Assembly (NCBI GenBank): GCA_964016885.1
Contig: OZ024742.1
Location: 126,666,001-126,730,000, forward strand
Length of the DNA stretch: 64,000 nucleotides
Direction of reading: 5' to 3'
Source of the DNA: Eledone cirrhosa
Lineage: Eukaryota
Under the pieces are notes generated by a model that saw only the letters and a program-made list of their open reading frames with translations, was not told where the DNA came from and did no database searches. The number at the start of each line of letters is the position of its first letter. Positions within the stretch are counted from its first letter, which is position 1. A program made the position numbers and the translations under genes. Positions 16,605 through 29,655 of the stretch are shown here, one piece after another.

Positions 16605-16847
16605 ATTTTGATTATGAGAATATTTTTCATTTATTAACATTTTGAATAATATTAAAAACTCCAGAAAAATCTCTTGTTGAGTGCTTCTAATCTATTGTAA
16701 TATTGTATTCGTTGAGTAATCAACGAACCATATTAATCTTTGGTTATATATATATATATGTATATATATATACGAATGTGGTTGACGGCTGAGAGAAAAG
16801 AGTACTCAATAGCGAAGTAGTGTGTTAATATTAATTTTATTAAGCCC

Positions 16848-16878
<31 letters not shown>

Positions 16879-16931
16879 ATACACCTCGAGTCTTTCGTTA
16901 TTTATAATGTGTCAGCTATTGAAATCTTAGT

Positions 16932-16979
16932 TCTTGTCTGATGACTGTAATAAACAGGCGGAACTTTAGAGTAACAAGA
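16932..16979 (+). ncRNA. Minimal hammerhead with one core substitution, between (CA)n tracts
   Basis: TCTTGT-CTGATGA-CTGT(AATAA)ACAG-GC-GGAA-CTTTAGAG-TA-ACAAGA; A13 replaced by G. Confidence 0.7.
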
Positions 16980-17014
16980 CTCACTATTAAGCCATGATAA
17001 AATGAACACACATA

Positions 17015-17121
<107 letters not shown>

Positions 17122-17439
17122 CAACCACATCATGTCAAAATGGAAAGCATCAAGAACACACCAAGATAAAGAGAAAATAATATTAATCAAAATAAAATAG
17201 TTCTTTTCTTTCTCACAAGAGTAATTTTTCAAGGAGATTCCTTATCACTGATATTCACTTCTTTAGCGAATCTGTTGAATCAAACTAACAGTACATATAT
17301 TTACTAACGACAAACTATATTCTATCTTTTCTAAATGAAAGATTTATAAGGTTAAATAGATTTAGAAGTGATATAAAAACGGATATGAAATCGAAAAAAT
17401 GAGTCATAGGTATTCTAAAATTCGAAATATTTATTCAAA

Positions 17440-19850
17440 TATACACACTGAACTTAGAAAATTAGAACAGAACCATCCATACAAGTGCTTAGCATTAGAT
17501 GAATCTGATAAAATACAAGATACAGAAAAGAAGGAGAAACTTAGAACAGATTACTACAGAAGATTTAGACGAATAATGATTTCTAATTTAGACACAAAAT
17601 CAACAATTTTGACGGAAGAAGAAAGTCGATTATATCGACCTCAGTACATGAATGGTTCTTTATTTTATCGACCTCGGTATGTTCAAAGGTAAAATTGACC
17701 AAGACGGGTTTTGAGAACATTAAAGGCCAGAACAAATACTGCTAAGCATTTGTTCGATGCTCTAACGATTCTGCTAACCCACCGCCTGAAGCTAATCATA
17801 AACACTTCACACCATGCTAGGAATTATATTATAAATGCACTAATTATTTTAGTCGAAAGACAAACAACTTCAATATTGTTTTAGAGATCGACAAGATCCT
17901 AGAGCTCATTCGCTTACCAAGAAAACAATATTTCCACAGGTCTTTCTAATTGCTCATACTATCTACCGGTTGCAACTCCTGACAGAAGGAGAAATGGGAA
18001 ATAAAGTATCATGTTGAAGAACACAACACATCGCCTGTTCACAACCTCACGATTACGAATCAACTCTCTAACCACTCAGCTACGCGCCTTTAATATAGTA
18101 AATTGAAATTTCGTTGAACTCAAGTGCCTAGATGAAAAAAATAAAATAATTGCTTCTCATCGGTGATGAACATTCGGTGGTTCAATTAAATGAACGTTCG
18201 ATTCAATAAATTAACGTGTATGTGTCTGAGTATTCTTCACACATAATATAACTTTATGGTCGAGTAAGCCAAGACATTCCACCTACGAACTTCTTAAATT
18301 TTGTATACCAAGGACTACATTACTACAAAGTTACCACAGTAGGTCAAGAAAAGATGTTTAGAATCAAGTAAAAGCAAACTGAGACAGCGGATTGGCAGAG
18401 TCGTTAGAACGTCGGATAGAATGCTTTGTGGTATTCGTTTTGACTATCTGCTGTCTTAGTTCAAACCCTGCCGAGGTCAACTTTGCTTTTTATCGTTTCG
18501 AGCTCGATAAAAAAGTACCAGTCCAGTATTAGGGTCGATTATTCATCTACATCCTTTTCTCATTTTCTCAGACTCACTCTCAATCCTTCTCCGTAAGAAA
18601 TCTACTGTGTTCAGGCCAGGAGAGGGATGGGCTCCGTCAGGTTTTAAAATGCCATAGAAACGCCATATGTCAATGCAGCGCCCCTATGGGACCATACACA
18701 CTAAAACAAACTGATTATTATGCCTAAGGAACAGGAAAATATCTCTATATAAGGAAATGATAAAGTATCGATTTCATGTTAATTAAACTGAATGAAAATG
18801 GTTTAGATAGGATGAAGCAACATAAAAACAAAAAATAACAAAAGGTAATATAAAAATGGAACTAAAAAATATATATAAAATTAAGATAGAAACTCCACCT
18901 TGGTCAATATTCTACAGTATTGGACAAAAGGAAAATAAACAAAGATGGAAGCCAGCAATGGCTCAAACGATTTGGAATGTAGGCAGACGTGGACGGTTTC
19001 ATTTTAGCTAATCATAATTAACCTCTAGCTAACAAAACTACAAAAATGAAATGATAAACCAGAAGCTATTATGTAATTAACATAAAATAATAATTAGCCA
19101 TATCATTTTTTGTCCCCAGTCATTGAGGAAAGAAAAACAAAACAACAGAATATATGCATATACATGACTGAGTAAACAGCTATGCGTTTAGGGCAATATG
19201 CTAACACATCTATAGGAAGGTTTAGAAGTGGCATAACTCTGCATTAGACCTGGTATATGGCTATGATAATCTAGGATACATCTCTTCTGACTGTCAAAGA
19301 GATTACAGTGAACTCCTCAGATATCAGAATTAAAGACTAAAACAAATATAATAAAAAAAAAGCTATGTACATTGATAGACATTTAAATCTCTTCTGAATG
19401 AAAGATCGTCCTACAAGTAATCCGAAACGCTAACACTGGAGAAAATCCTGCATTGAAGTGTACAAGATGTGGAGTTTGAGTATAAAAACGTTGCCCATAA
19501 AAGTAAGCTGTACAGTGGGTAAAACGACACCCGGCTTCACACATTTACATAGAATTCAAAATATAACTCTATAAGATATAACCTATGCTTTGGACATGTT
19601 ACTTCAAAAGTAATAGCACAGCTTAAGAAGAAAAATCTATTCTACAGCCACATCTCGATACAGTAAAACAACTCAAACAGCAAATATTACACACCATTAT
19701 CTCTCGAGGATTTAAATGCTTTCACAAATAACAAGAGCAACACAAATATAAAAATAATTAACCGAAAGACAAACCGAACAATACAGCAAATTATCTGTAA
19801 CAAAAACACCTTCTCTCTCTATTAACAGACAAGAGTATGGTATTTTAGGA
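17440..19850 (+). pseudogene. Highly decayed R4/Dong-like non-LTR remnant interrupted by SINEs
   Basis: YKCLALDESDKIQDTEKKEKLRTDYYRRFRRIMISNL resembles the post-RT YKYLG...EY.RR.R.IL.S.L region; downstream extent is a guess from weak motifs. Confidence 0.4.
18386..18545 (+). mobile_element. SINE family A
   Basis: Similar to 4049-4236. Confidence 0.8.
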
Positions 19851-19857
19851 ACACAGG

Positions 19858-20432
19858 GATGCCGTAGAGCATGTTGTTCGACGCTCTAACGGCTATACCA
19901 ATCCACCGCCCTTAACGATTCTAATAATTGTTTCTACTTTTGGCACAAGGCCAGCAATTATCCCAGTGCATTACTGGTGCTTTATTTACCCACTCCGTAA
20001 GGATAAAAGGCAAAGCTAACCTCGGCGGGATTTGAACTCAGAACGTAAAGGGATGTAACTCTATGCCGCAAAGCAAGTTGTCCGTCGCCCAACCGATATA
20101 GTCAATCTACCGCTCTCTAATAATAATAATACTTCCTTCTAACATTGTTACAATGAAACAATTGTTTTTACTTTTGGCACAAGGCCAGCAATTATCCCAG
20201 TGCATTACTGGTACTTTATTTGTAATGCACTGTAACAATGTAACAATGCCAGCAATTTGGTTGATTATATCGATCCAAGTAGTAAACTGGTATATTATTT
20301 TATTGACCCCTGCCTGATAAATGAAATTGACCTCCAGGGGTCAATTTGTCTTTATCTTTCAACGTAAATGGCAGTAACTAAATGCAGGAGAGCATTTTGT
20401 CGGACGCTCAACCAATTCTGCCAATCCACCTC
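19858..20432 (-). mobile_element. Cluster of SINE family A copies and fragments
   Basis: Full copy 19925-20115 plus partial copies on both sides. Confidence 0.8.
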
Positions 20433-20991
20433 CATGTTAGTTGTAACAATGAGAGAATAGTAGCTGGAGAATTATAATATTTTCATGACGTAACAAACCA
20501 CTTTCATTTACGTGAACGACACGAAATGAGAGAGAGAGAGAGAGGGAGAGAGAGAGAGAGAGTTTTGGTGGAGGATATGTCATTGCAACATCAGTATCCA
20601 TTATAGTTAGCTATGTATTCCTCCCTCCCTCTATCACTGATTTTAACCTTTGAAAAGCTGCTTAAAACACTAGACTTACAAATAATGGCTAATTTAATCA
20701 TTAAACGAACCACACAGATTGAAAAGGTCTAATGATTCTCTTTCGTTCTTCTAAAACACTAAGTGGATGAGAAACGAGAAACGAGAACGTGGATTGCCGA
20801 GTAGAGCTTACCAATCAACGAAGAGGTTAAGGATCGGATACTTTCTCAGTGTTGCTGAGTCGATAGCATACTGAACAATCAATCAGCTGAAAGTTTTTAG
20901 GATCGTATACTGTTAGCGGTGCTGCGTTAATAACTTAGCAAACAACGAGCTGAACATCTACGTGGTCGTTCTAGTAGCTAGAAATACTGGA

Positions 20992-21146
20992 TTCTTATAT
21001 TGGCACAAGGCCAGCAATTTTTGAGGGAGGGGAAATTCGATTAATTCGACCCCAGTGCGTTACTGGTCGGACAAAATTTATCGATCACGTAAGGATGAAA
21101 GGCAAAGCTAACCTCGGCGGGATTTGAACATAGAACGTAAAAGGAC
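20992..21146 (-). mobile_element. SINE family A, interrupted by an insertion
   Basis: Similarity stops at 21146 and appears to resume near 21561-21580. Confidence 0.75.
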
Positions 21147-21575
21147 TGTAGCGCTCTCTAGACAGGAAGTAGCTGGAGTTACTTCCCGTTGAAATTTCCA
21201 GAACCTTCTTTGTGACTTCCGTCCAGGGAACTATAAAGGAGAGAGCTGAAAGCTATCTTCCTCTTTTCACCTTTTGGCTGCCTGACCTTCGGCCAGGCGG
21301 TTTACACCGAAGTTATATTCTCTCTTTAGCGTTTTCCTTCGAACCTACAACACTGGAGATGAACATGTTAAGCACGAGCTTGGACTAAATCTAAATATGC
21401 GTGAGGATATTTTGTGTACCACGATTATGACGGAGTTAAAATAAAATGAAGACTTCGATATGGTGTTTTATAAATATATCTTACCATTTTCTGTATAAAA
21501 ATTAGTAGTTAGATTCTGGTTATATTTACTCAAGTAAATAATCCTGGGTCTGACAGAACACTAAAAGACGTAACA
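21147..21575 (+). mobile_element. Putative solo LTR
   Basis: TGT...ACA ends, internal CTATAAAGG followed by a pyrimidine-rich stretch, AATAAA; no clear TSD. Confidence 0.4.
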
Positions 21576-22373
21576 CTATGTTGAGTAGTTAGAAATAATA
21601 AGCAAATCTCTTTATGTAAACGAAACATTTTGTTCAATGGCAAGAGACTTTACAGACTGTTTTGTTTAGTATATAGATTATATTGTTTTCCATCATAACA
21701 AGAAGTATTTACATTAGCTTACGCTTTCACAGCGAGGTTTATTGAAAAATTGTAGCTATACCGACATGAAATTTATATTATATATATGTGGTGGTGGGGA
21801 GACACGGAGAAAGACAAAGAGAATGGGAGAGATATTTTGGCTTGTTTTCTTCCAAATGACCTTATTTATTCCGTCACATTTGTGAACCAATTAAGTATTG
21901 TAATTAATTGTTTTTCAACTTTAATAAGAGACATTTTTTGCGTACATACACAGTCAGGCAGACAGACACACATATATATATCTATATAAATATATATAAA
22001 TATATATGTACTCAATTTTCTGTATGTAATGTCATGTAAGAGACAAGAAAAATATGCGACTCGAAAAGGCTTACATTACGAACGCATACTGTTATCTGTG
22101 CACCCAATAAATATCAAACTACATTGCATTATTAACATACTCATTCACACACACTCTCTCTCTCTATTTTTTCCTTACTTTTCTCTCTCACACGCATAAT
22201 ACACAGATTTCTGTCACAATATTATCCTTCACATCTGTTCGAATGATTAGAAAGATAATAGAGGACGAAACAGAAAAGGCAAGAAATTTAGAACGAGTTC
22301 GCATTAACCTCTATCTGTTTCTCTATCTCTCCTCCTTCTCTATATATCTATGCATACAAACACACATCACACA

Positions 22374-22445
<72 letters not shown>

Positions 22446-22779
22446 GCACGTTACTCTCGTTCTTTCTCGTGTATTTTTATGCTATTTTTTCAGTCATTAT
22501 AATTTTTCTTTCTCTACATTAACAGATGGAAATTATCAACTCTGCAGTGTGGTTAAGAAAGAAAGACGACAACGACGAGGGCGAAGACTGCACAGTGTTT
22601 GATCAGGTCAACTCTTGGAATAAGCTTACAGTGTGTTCTCTTTTTCAGTAACATTCAAAAGACACATCAAGTGGGTGAAACGCAGCGAAAATTTGTAATA
22701 TGAGATATTTTATTGCATTTACTCGTTTCCAAAATGGCGGCTGTAGAAAGGCAGCCTTTGTCTTAAAATATAGGATAGT

Positions 22780-22825
22780 TAGATGGATGGCTGGAGAGAT
22801 GGAGGGATACATAGATAGCGAAATG

Positions 22826-22887
<62 letters not shown>

Positions 22888-23270
22888 CAGAGAGATAGAT
22901 AGATAGATGGAAATATGAAGAGGGAGATAGAGAGATTGATAGATAGATGAAGAAATGGAAAGATAGATAGATATATAGCTAAATGGAAACATGGATATTT
23001 AGATAGATAGGGATATAGATATAAATATGAATAATAGGTAGAATGAAAGTTAGAGAGATAGAGAGAGATAATGTGATAGATAGACAGAAATAGAGAGAGA
23101 GAGAGTGAGATAGATAATCGGAGATATTGTGTGATAGATAGAAATATATATAGATGTAGGTAGATAGAGACATGAAGCGATAGATATTTAGAGATACATA
23201 GAATTATATATAGTTAGATGGAGATATATGTAGATATATAGATAGATAAATATATAGATCTATAGATAAA
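22780..23270. repeat. (GATA)n/(GA)n microsatellite region
   Basis: Direct reading. Confidence 0.95.
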
Positions 23271-23735
23271 TATTTTGTATTTCCCGGCGCCAAAGACGTT
23301 TCCTTCTCAAGTAGGTACCCTAATTTTGACAAGGAAAAAAAAAAAAAAGTAATTTTTTCGGATAAGTATTTACTACAGAGAGGTTAAAAGTATGTTATGT
23401 ATATTCCTTTAATTTCTGTACATGCCAATGGTTTTCAGAATCTTTGATTTTCTGTTATTTCCGAAAAGACACATATTTATTATGAGAAAGATTGCGTATA
23501 TTTGACAGAGCTAAATGGAGAGTATATGGTGGTACGAAGGAAATTTCATGATTTATCCGCCAATGACTGATTCAGCTTGGCACTAGTGACGTTACTAATC
23601 ATTTCTACAACTGAGTTAACTGGTACAACGTGAAATAAAGTGTCTTGCTCAATGACACAATGCATCATCTGGTTCAAGAAGCGAACTCACACGATTGTGA
23701 ATCTAACTCTCTAGCAACTAAGCTAGGCACCTTCG

Positions 23736-23793
<58 letters not shown>

Positions 23794-23794
23794 A

Positions 23795-23849
<55 letters not shown>

Positions 23850-23854
23850 ATAAT

Positions 23855-24005
23855 AATTGTTTCTACTTTTGGCACCAGGCCAGCAATTATCCCAGTGCAT
23901 TACTGGTACTTTATTTTATCGACCCCGTAAGGATGAAAGGCAAAGTTAACCTCGGCGGGATTTGAACTCAGATCATAAAGGGAGGTAACTCTATGCTTCA
24001 AAGCA
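23855..24005 (-). mobile_element. SINE family A
   Basis: Reverse complement of 4049-4236. Confidence 0.85.
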
Positions 24006-24092
24006 ATACTAATAATTGTAATTATAACTATGATAATAGTAATAATAATATGGACGAGGTGTCAAATTTTCATTACGCTTATTGAGTTATTG

Positions 24093-24182
24093 AGGTGTGA
24101 CGCGTGTTTCGCGATTGATCAGCTCAAGGTTCCATCTGTATCGTTCGGGCCCGACTCTGGAATCAAAAGCTCATCAGACTTC
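24093..24182 (-). ncRNA. Hammerhead with long stem II
   Basis: Minus strand GT-CTGATGA-GCTTTTGATT...GATCAATCGC-GAAA-CACGCG-TC-AC; about 60-nt domain II, short stem I. Confidence 0.55.
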
Positions 24183-24189
24183 TGTTATC

Positions 24190-24249
<60 letters not shown>

Positions 24250-24335
24250 GACGCATTGATGATCTTACTACTTTACTCGGATTGTGCTGTCACAAAGTCA
24301 GAAATTATGAATAATGCAACTGATTATCTATTGGT

Positions 24336-24371
<36 letters not shown>

Positions 24372-24877
24372 CATCACAAACAGTGAAATGCTCATAAAAG
24401 CTTTGATCACTATCAGAACTAAGACACATTTCTGTATGCATAAAACATTACAACTATCTGATAAACCCACTAGCGTCAGACATAAGGAAAATGGCTTTGT
24501 CAACACATTCATATACCAGATGAGAAATCGATTATGCACATCACTATTAATATTTCTATTATCATCATTATTATTATTAACATTACGATTCTCATCATCG
24601 TTATTATCATTATCACTTTGTTCTGTCTAAGGCTGTAGATTGACAGAATCATTAGACCGTTGGACAACATGCTTTGAGGCATATAGTTACGTTCTGAGTT
24701 CAAATTCCGTCGAGATCAACTTAGCCTTTCATCCTTTCAAAATCGAATGTGCCACCGAGAATCGAACTCACAACTTTACGGTTGGAAGTCGAACTCCCAA
24801 ACCACTAAGCCACATACCTTTACAGTGTGTATATATATAAATATATTTATGACATAAGTTTATATAACAATGTGTGA

Positions 24878-25275
24878 AGGCGCGTGACTTATTGGCTAGA
24901 GAGTTGAATTCGCAATCATGAGGTTGCGAGTTCGATTCTTGGACAGGGAGATGCGTTATATCCTTATGTCCTTGAGCAAGACACTTTATTACACGTTGCC
25001 TCTTCTGCCAGGGGTAGAATCAGCAATGGAAAGAATAATGGAATCATTGTTTCCTCGGTCCAATTTGCAGACCTGTCAACTTTCCCTGTCCGACGAGGAG
25101 ATCTACCACCCACGTTCGGGTGGGTGAGAGATATCTTCTCTTGTGAAAATGGGTATAGCTTTCATTATGTAAAGTCTTCCCATTTTGCCTCATTTCTCCC
25201 CGTTTTGGGGCCCTTTTTTTCATGGTACTCCTCGTTTGGGTTTTTAGAAGTTGGCAGGTCTGAATTTGACGAGTT
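24878..25275 (+). mobile_element. SINE family B interrupted by a MITE
   Basis: Head, B-box, GTCCTTGAGCAAGACACTT; tail continues after 25262. Confidence 0.8.
25068..25262. mobile_element. 195-bp MITE with 15-bp TIRs and 6-bp TSD
   Basis: CAGACCTGTCAACTT / AAGTTGGCAGGTCTG; AATTTG on both sides. Confidence 0.85.
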
Positions 25276-26799
25276 CCACCAAACACGGTAAGCAAATGAA
25301 ATATTTGAAAGTGACATCAACATAGATAAGGAAATTCAGTAATAACTATTACAGCATCTGACACTTTCAAAACATGACCTTGTAATCTTGGGGCAGATTG
25401 CTCACAAAACCTCCATAAATAAATAGGGATAAACCGAAGACATAACAAATGTAAATATTGTTCAACTGTTGGTTATTATCTCGTAACAAGCTGTCCCCAA
25501 AATATCAGCAAGATATTCCCTTTCCTTGAGGGTTTATGCTATGTAGTTTATGGATGCAATGTACCAAGGGGGCAATTTCATGAAAGGGTAATAAATAAAA
25601 AAAATAACCTGACAGTGAAACTTCCAGTTAATAAATGTAAAAAAAACATCGGTGATACATCAAATAAAATAGCAATGAAATATATATATTTAACAGGCTG
25701 GACATTATTCCAGGCTTCGGAATGTAAGAAATAAAAAGTGTAACGTACATTTTAGCGGAAATTAGTCCGGTAGATGAATTCAGGCCTGAGGAGTTTGAAG
25801 GGAGAGAAGAAGACAGTTGGCATTATCATGCGATTTTGAAGAGACCTACTTCGCTCAAGTTTTATTTTTTGTTTATTTCTGTTATGTTATTTGTTAATAT
25901 ATCATACGTATTACAAGTATATTATATATATACTAGTAAGGAATCGATCGACAAGATCATAGACCCCCATTCCCTTACTGAGTTGGGTGGAGCTCATCAT
26001 CAGGACCAAGGAAACAATATTGCCATAGGTCTTTCCATTGTTGATACTATTCACCGATCGCAGAAGGAGCAACGTGAAATAAAGAACATAACACCTCGTT
26101 CAGTACGGGAATTGATCCCACGTCATTCCGATTGCGAATCCAATTCTTTAACCACTAAGCCATGCGCTTCATACATAAATCATATGTATTTAGCACTGAT
26201 TACTACAATGCTTAATGGGAAGTTTGAAATGGGACCAGAGCCTATATTCAGCTCTCGTGGAACACTCATCAGATCTTGTCTGCTACTACTACTACTTTCA
26301 GGACCTACATGTCACATCAGGCCTAGATTAATATTGGAAGTGTGGGGGCGGGGGCGAAATATTGCCAACTTTGTGCACCTATAATTAACAATTGACCTGG
26401 GTCTGTTACCAGCTTTATATAGACCTGGACGTACTAAATACTGATCAAAGGTTGAGAATATTTAGGTTCGCCTGCTATAGAGCTACATTTTAAAAAGTAT
26501 GTATGAAAAACAAACAAAACACTTGAGATTAACTCACACCCCCTAATACAAAACCCATCCAGATATGTCTTTATTGGGTCCATGGTTTTTTTTTTATTTC
26601 AGTACCAACTAAATCCAATTGATACACTGATGTTTTATCTTCCTATTGCAACCTACTACGCTATTACAACACTTTTGCAAATGTTGGTTGGTGTGTATCT
26701 ACAACTCTCATTCGTTTCATGATTATTTAGTTTTCTCACGTCACTTGCAACACACCATGATATTTACTGACATTACCCAATCTTCGTCATCCTTCTAGT

Positions 26800-26800
26800 A

Positions 26801-26831
<31 letters not shown>

Positions 26832-26832
26832 G

Positions 26833-26867
<35 letters not shown>

Positions 26868-26994
26868 TAGAGAGAAAGAAAGAAAGAAAAAGAAAGAAAG
26901 AGAGAAAGAGAGAGAGATAGAGAGAGGTAGATAGATAGAGAGAGAGATAGATAGATAGATAGATAGAGATAGAGAGTGAGAGAGAGAGAGAGAG

Positions 26995-27025
<31 letters not shown>

Positions 27026-27026
27026 G
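26800..27026. repeat. (GA)n/(GAAA)n/(GATA)n/(GT)n/poly-G tract
   Basis: Direct reading. Confidence 0.95.
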
Positions 27027-28049
27027 CTAAATTGCTACTGGTATTGTTTTCTCTCCTATGAAGACTAACGAATAGAATTGAAATATCACATCAAATGCAA
27101 TCCGTGAATTTCTCTGAAAAACCACTTATATATTTAAATCTATGATTTCACCCAGATAATGAAAGTTTTCCAGTGAATCCTGAAATCTGTTAACATTAAA
27201 CAGAAAATGTTAAATTTTAAAAGAACGGAACGAAGTCAACTGCAATCTTAAATTCCAGTTATTCATTTTGACTATCTCAGTTTGAAACTTTAAGAAGTTT
27301 AACTTGCACCTATAATTGTTACCCACCATATATCACCAAATAAGTGATTTGTTATTATTTTTGCAAAATAACGGAGTGTGTTGAGCGTCGGACAAATTCT
27401 TAATAGTATTTGTTTCGGCTCTTTACATTCTGAGTCCCAAACCCACCTTTTATCCTACTGTGGTCGGTAAGATAATGTACCAGTCAAGTCTAAAAGTCTA
27501 AAGACTGTCTCGATCCCTGTTGCTCATTAGACCGGTGTTTATCTCGGTTTCCGTGGAGCTAAGCGAAAATACACATCCCTGAACACAATACACATCCCTG
27601 TCCTGGAATCGAACCCACGACATTATGATCGTAAATCCAACACCCTTACCAGCCTCTACAAGTACTGGCGTCAATAAATTCGACTTTCCCTCCCCCTCTC
27701 TCCCAAATTGCTGGACTTGTTCCAAAATTAGAAACCAGTATTTTGCAAATAATGATATATAGAGTTAAGATAACCTAAAAAGAGAATAGTACAAGCTGAG
27801 GCGACTAAGAATCCACCGAAAATACAGAATGTTGATATAATCTACCAATTGCAGGCATCCGTTTGAGTACCTAAACTGAAGTCCTTAAGAACTCATGGGG
27901 CTGCATCTGTACTGAGAAAATAATGAATCTTTAGTTTAAACTGAGTTTCAATTTCTATATATTTTATAAAAATATACTTTGGTCTTAAAGTTTAAACTAT
28001 CTTTTAGAACCTTTAACTACATGCCCAGTATTTCGTAGTTAGAATGTTT

Positions 28050-28280
28050 CAGGCAAGAATTGCTGGTCAGATTTTATGGGCAAACCCAACAGGCAGGAGA
28101 CTCAGGGGTAGACATCCAGCAAGAGGGTTGGATAGCATCAATGAGTTCAGTTGGTCTCGCTTGGGGATCCAGCCGATTCAATTGGAGACTGTTGCTTCTG
28201 ACAGAACCCGCTGGAAGGAATGTTTGAAGACTCTGCTCCCCACGACCCTCACAGGAATAAGTGGAAAAAGAAAAAGGTTG
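28050..28280 (+). pseudogene. RTE-clade LINE C-terminal fragment
   Basis: PTGRRLRGRHPARGLDSINEFSWSRLGIQPIQLETVASDRTRWKECL matches the G.R.RGRP...W.D....A.DR..W pattern of RTE ends. Confidence 0.75.
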
Positions 28281-28659
28281 TTGTTTTTTTTTTAAGCGGA
28301 TAGTTTCAAATTTGAATACAGACGAAATTTTGCTCGCAAGAGAGTTTTCCATTCCTAATTTAGATAACACAACAATAGACGTTTGCTGGTCAATAGACGA
28401 AGGCGTTATAGATTTTTACGAAATCGTAAAGAAAGCATTCAGTGAAAGCTAATGATATAAGCTTATAAGGAATGAACCTCCATCGGTTTCGACGATGAGT
28501 GCGATGAATGTTCCAGTTTCTAATCGTCCGCACCATTGAACTCCAGGAGTCTCGGAGATCAAACAAACAGGTCTATGGTGCTGCTATCCATCCTATGTAT
28601 AAGTCATAATAGGAAATTAGAAACAATAATACTAACAATAACATCATTGGAATAATGGA

Positions 28660-28995
28660 ATGGGCCTCCGTCGGTTTCGACGACGAATGTTCCAGTTGTT
28701 CGAGCAACGGAACAGCTTGCTCGTGAAATTATCGTGCAAGTGGCTGATCATTCCACAGACATTACGGTAATTCTCAGGGAGATTCAGTGTGACACATTGT
28801 TTGACGAGGCTAGCCCTTTGCGTTACAAGTACAGTCCATCCAACGGGTTTCCAAACTGTTTCTGTAAATCAATTTCATTCATAAGAGGGTGTGGGTCGAA
28901 CTGGGACTACGGGAAATTATACCTGCCCAAGATGTCACGTAGTAGGATCGAAGCCGGGACTTAATAATTGTGAAACGATCTTCTAAACCATCGGC
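28660..28995 (-). mobile_element. SINE family C
   Basis: Shared block with 9128-9400; tRNA-like head at right end. Confidence 0.75.
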
Positions 28996-29220
28996 CAGGA
29001 TATCCACGCCTCTGTCGTTAGTTCAAAAGTAAATGCCTGTTTAGTAGATGGGGAAATGTTTTTCAAGTCAGTAAAACGTCTGGTTCTTATCTTGATAAAG
29101 TTGAATTAAAATAAACACCGACGAATAAATAACGTATTTTCACTGATAAGATAAAAAAACAAATGAAAGTAAACAATGTTTATTTAATATATACTTCTCT
29201 AAGTATGTGTTAAAAATAAA

Positions 29221-29545
29221 GTATATATATATATATATATATATAAATAATACACATACATATATATATGTACATATATATATGTATACATACATACATA
29301 TACTTACATATATATGCATGTATATATCTATATATATATGTGTGTGTATATATACATACATATACTTACATATATATGCATGATATATATATATATATAT
29401 ATATATACATGCATATATATATATATATATGCATGTGTATATATGCATGTATATATGCATGTATATATGCATGTATATATGCTTGTATATATGCATGTAT
29501 ATATATATATGCACATATATATATGCATGTATATATATATATACA

Positions 29546-29586
<41 letters not shown>

Positions 29587-29600
29587 GCATATATATGTAA

Positions 29601-29640
<40 letters not shown>

Positions 29641-29655
29641 GTGTGTGTGCGTGTA
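29221..29655. repeat. (TA)n with ATGCAT/TACA variants
   Basis: Direct reading. Confidence 0.95.

Larger units (their letters stand above)
16300..16745. mobile_element. Asymmetric fold-back element with two inverted hammerheads
   Basis: Arms 16300-16460 / 16482-16652, right arm extended about 90 nt to (TA)n. Confidence 0.85.

Noticed and set aside
25836-26384. 182-aa ORF with hydrophobic N-terminus
   Set aside because: Runs through an antisense SINE B copy (26040-26170) and a (CTA)n tract; no recognisable domain
29138-29185. Hammerhead-like CTGATAA...GAAA-GTAAAC next to (TA)n
   Set aside because: Core substitution, no stem II and no UH site; too degenerate to support
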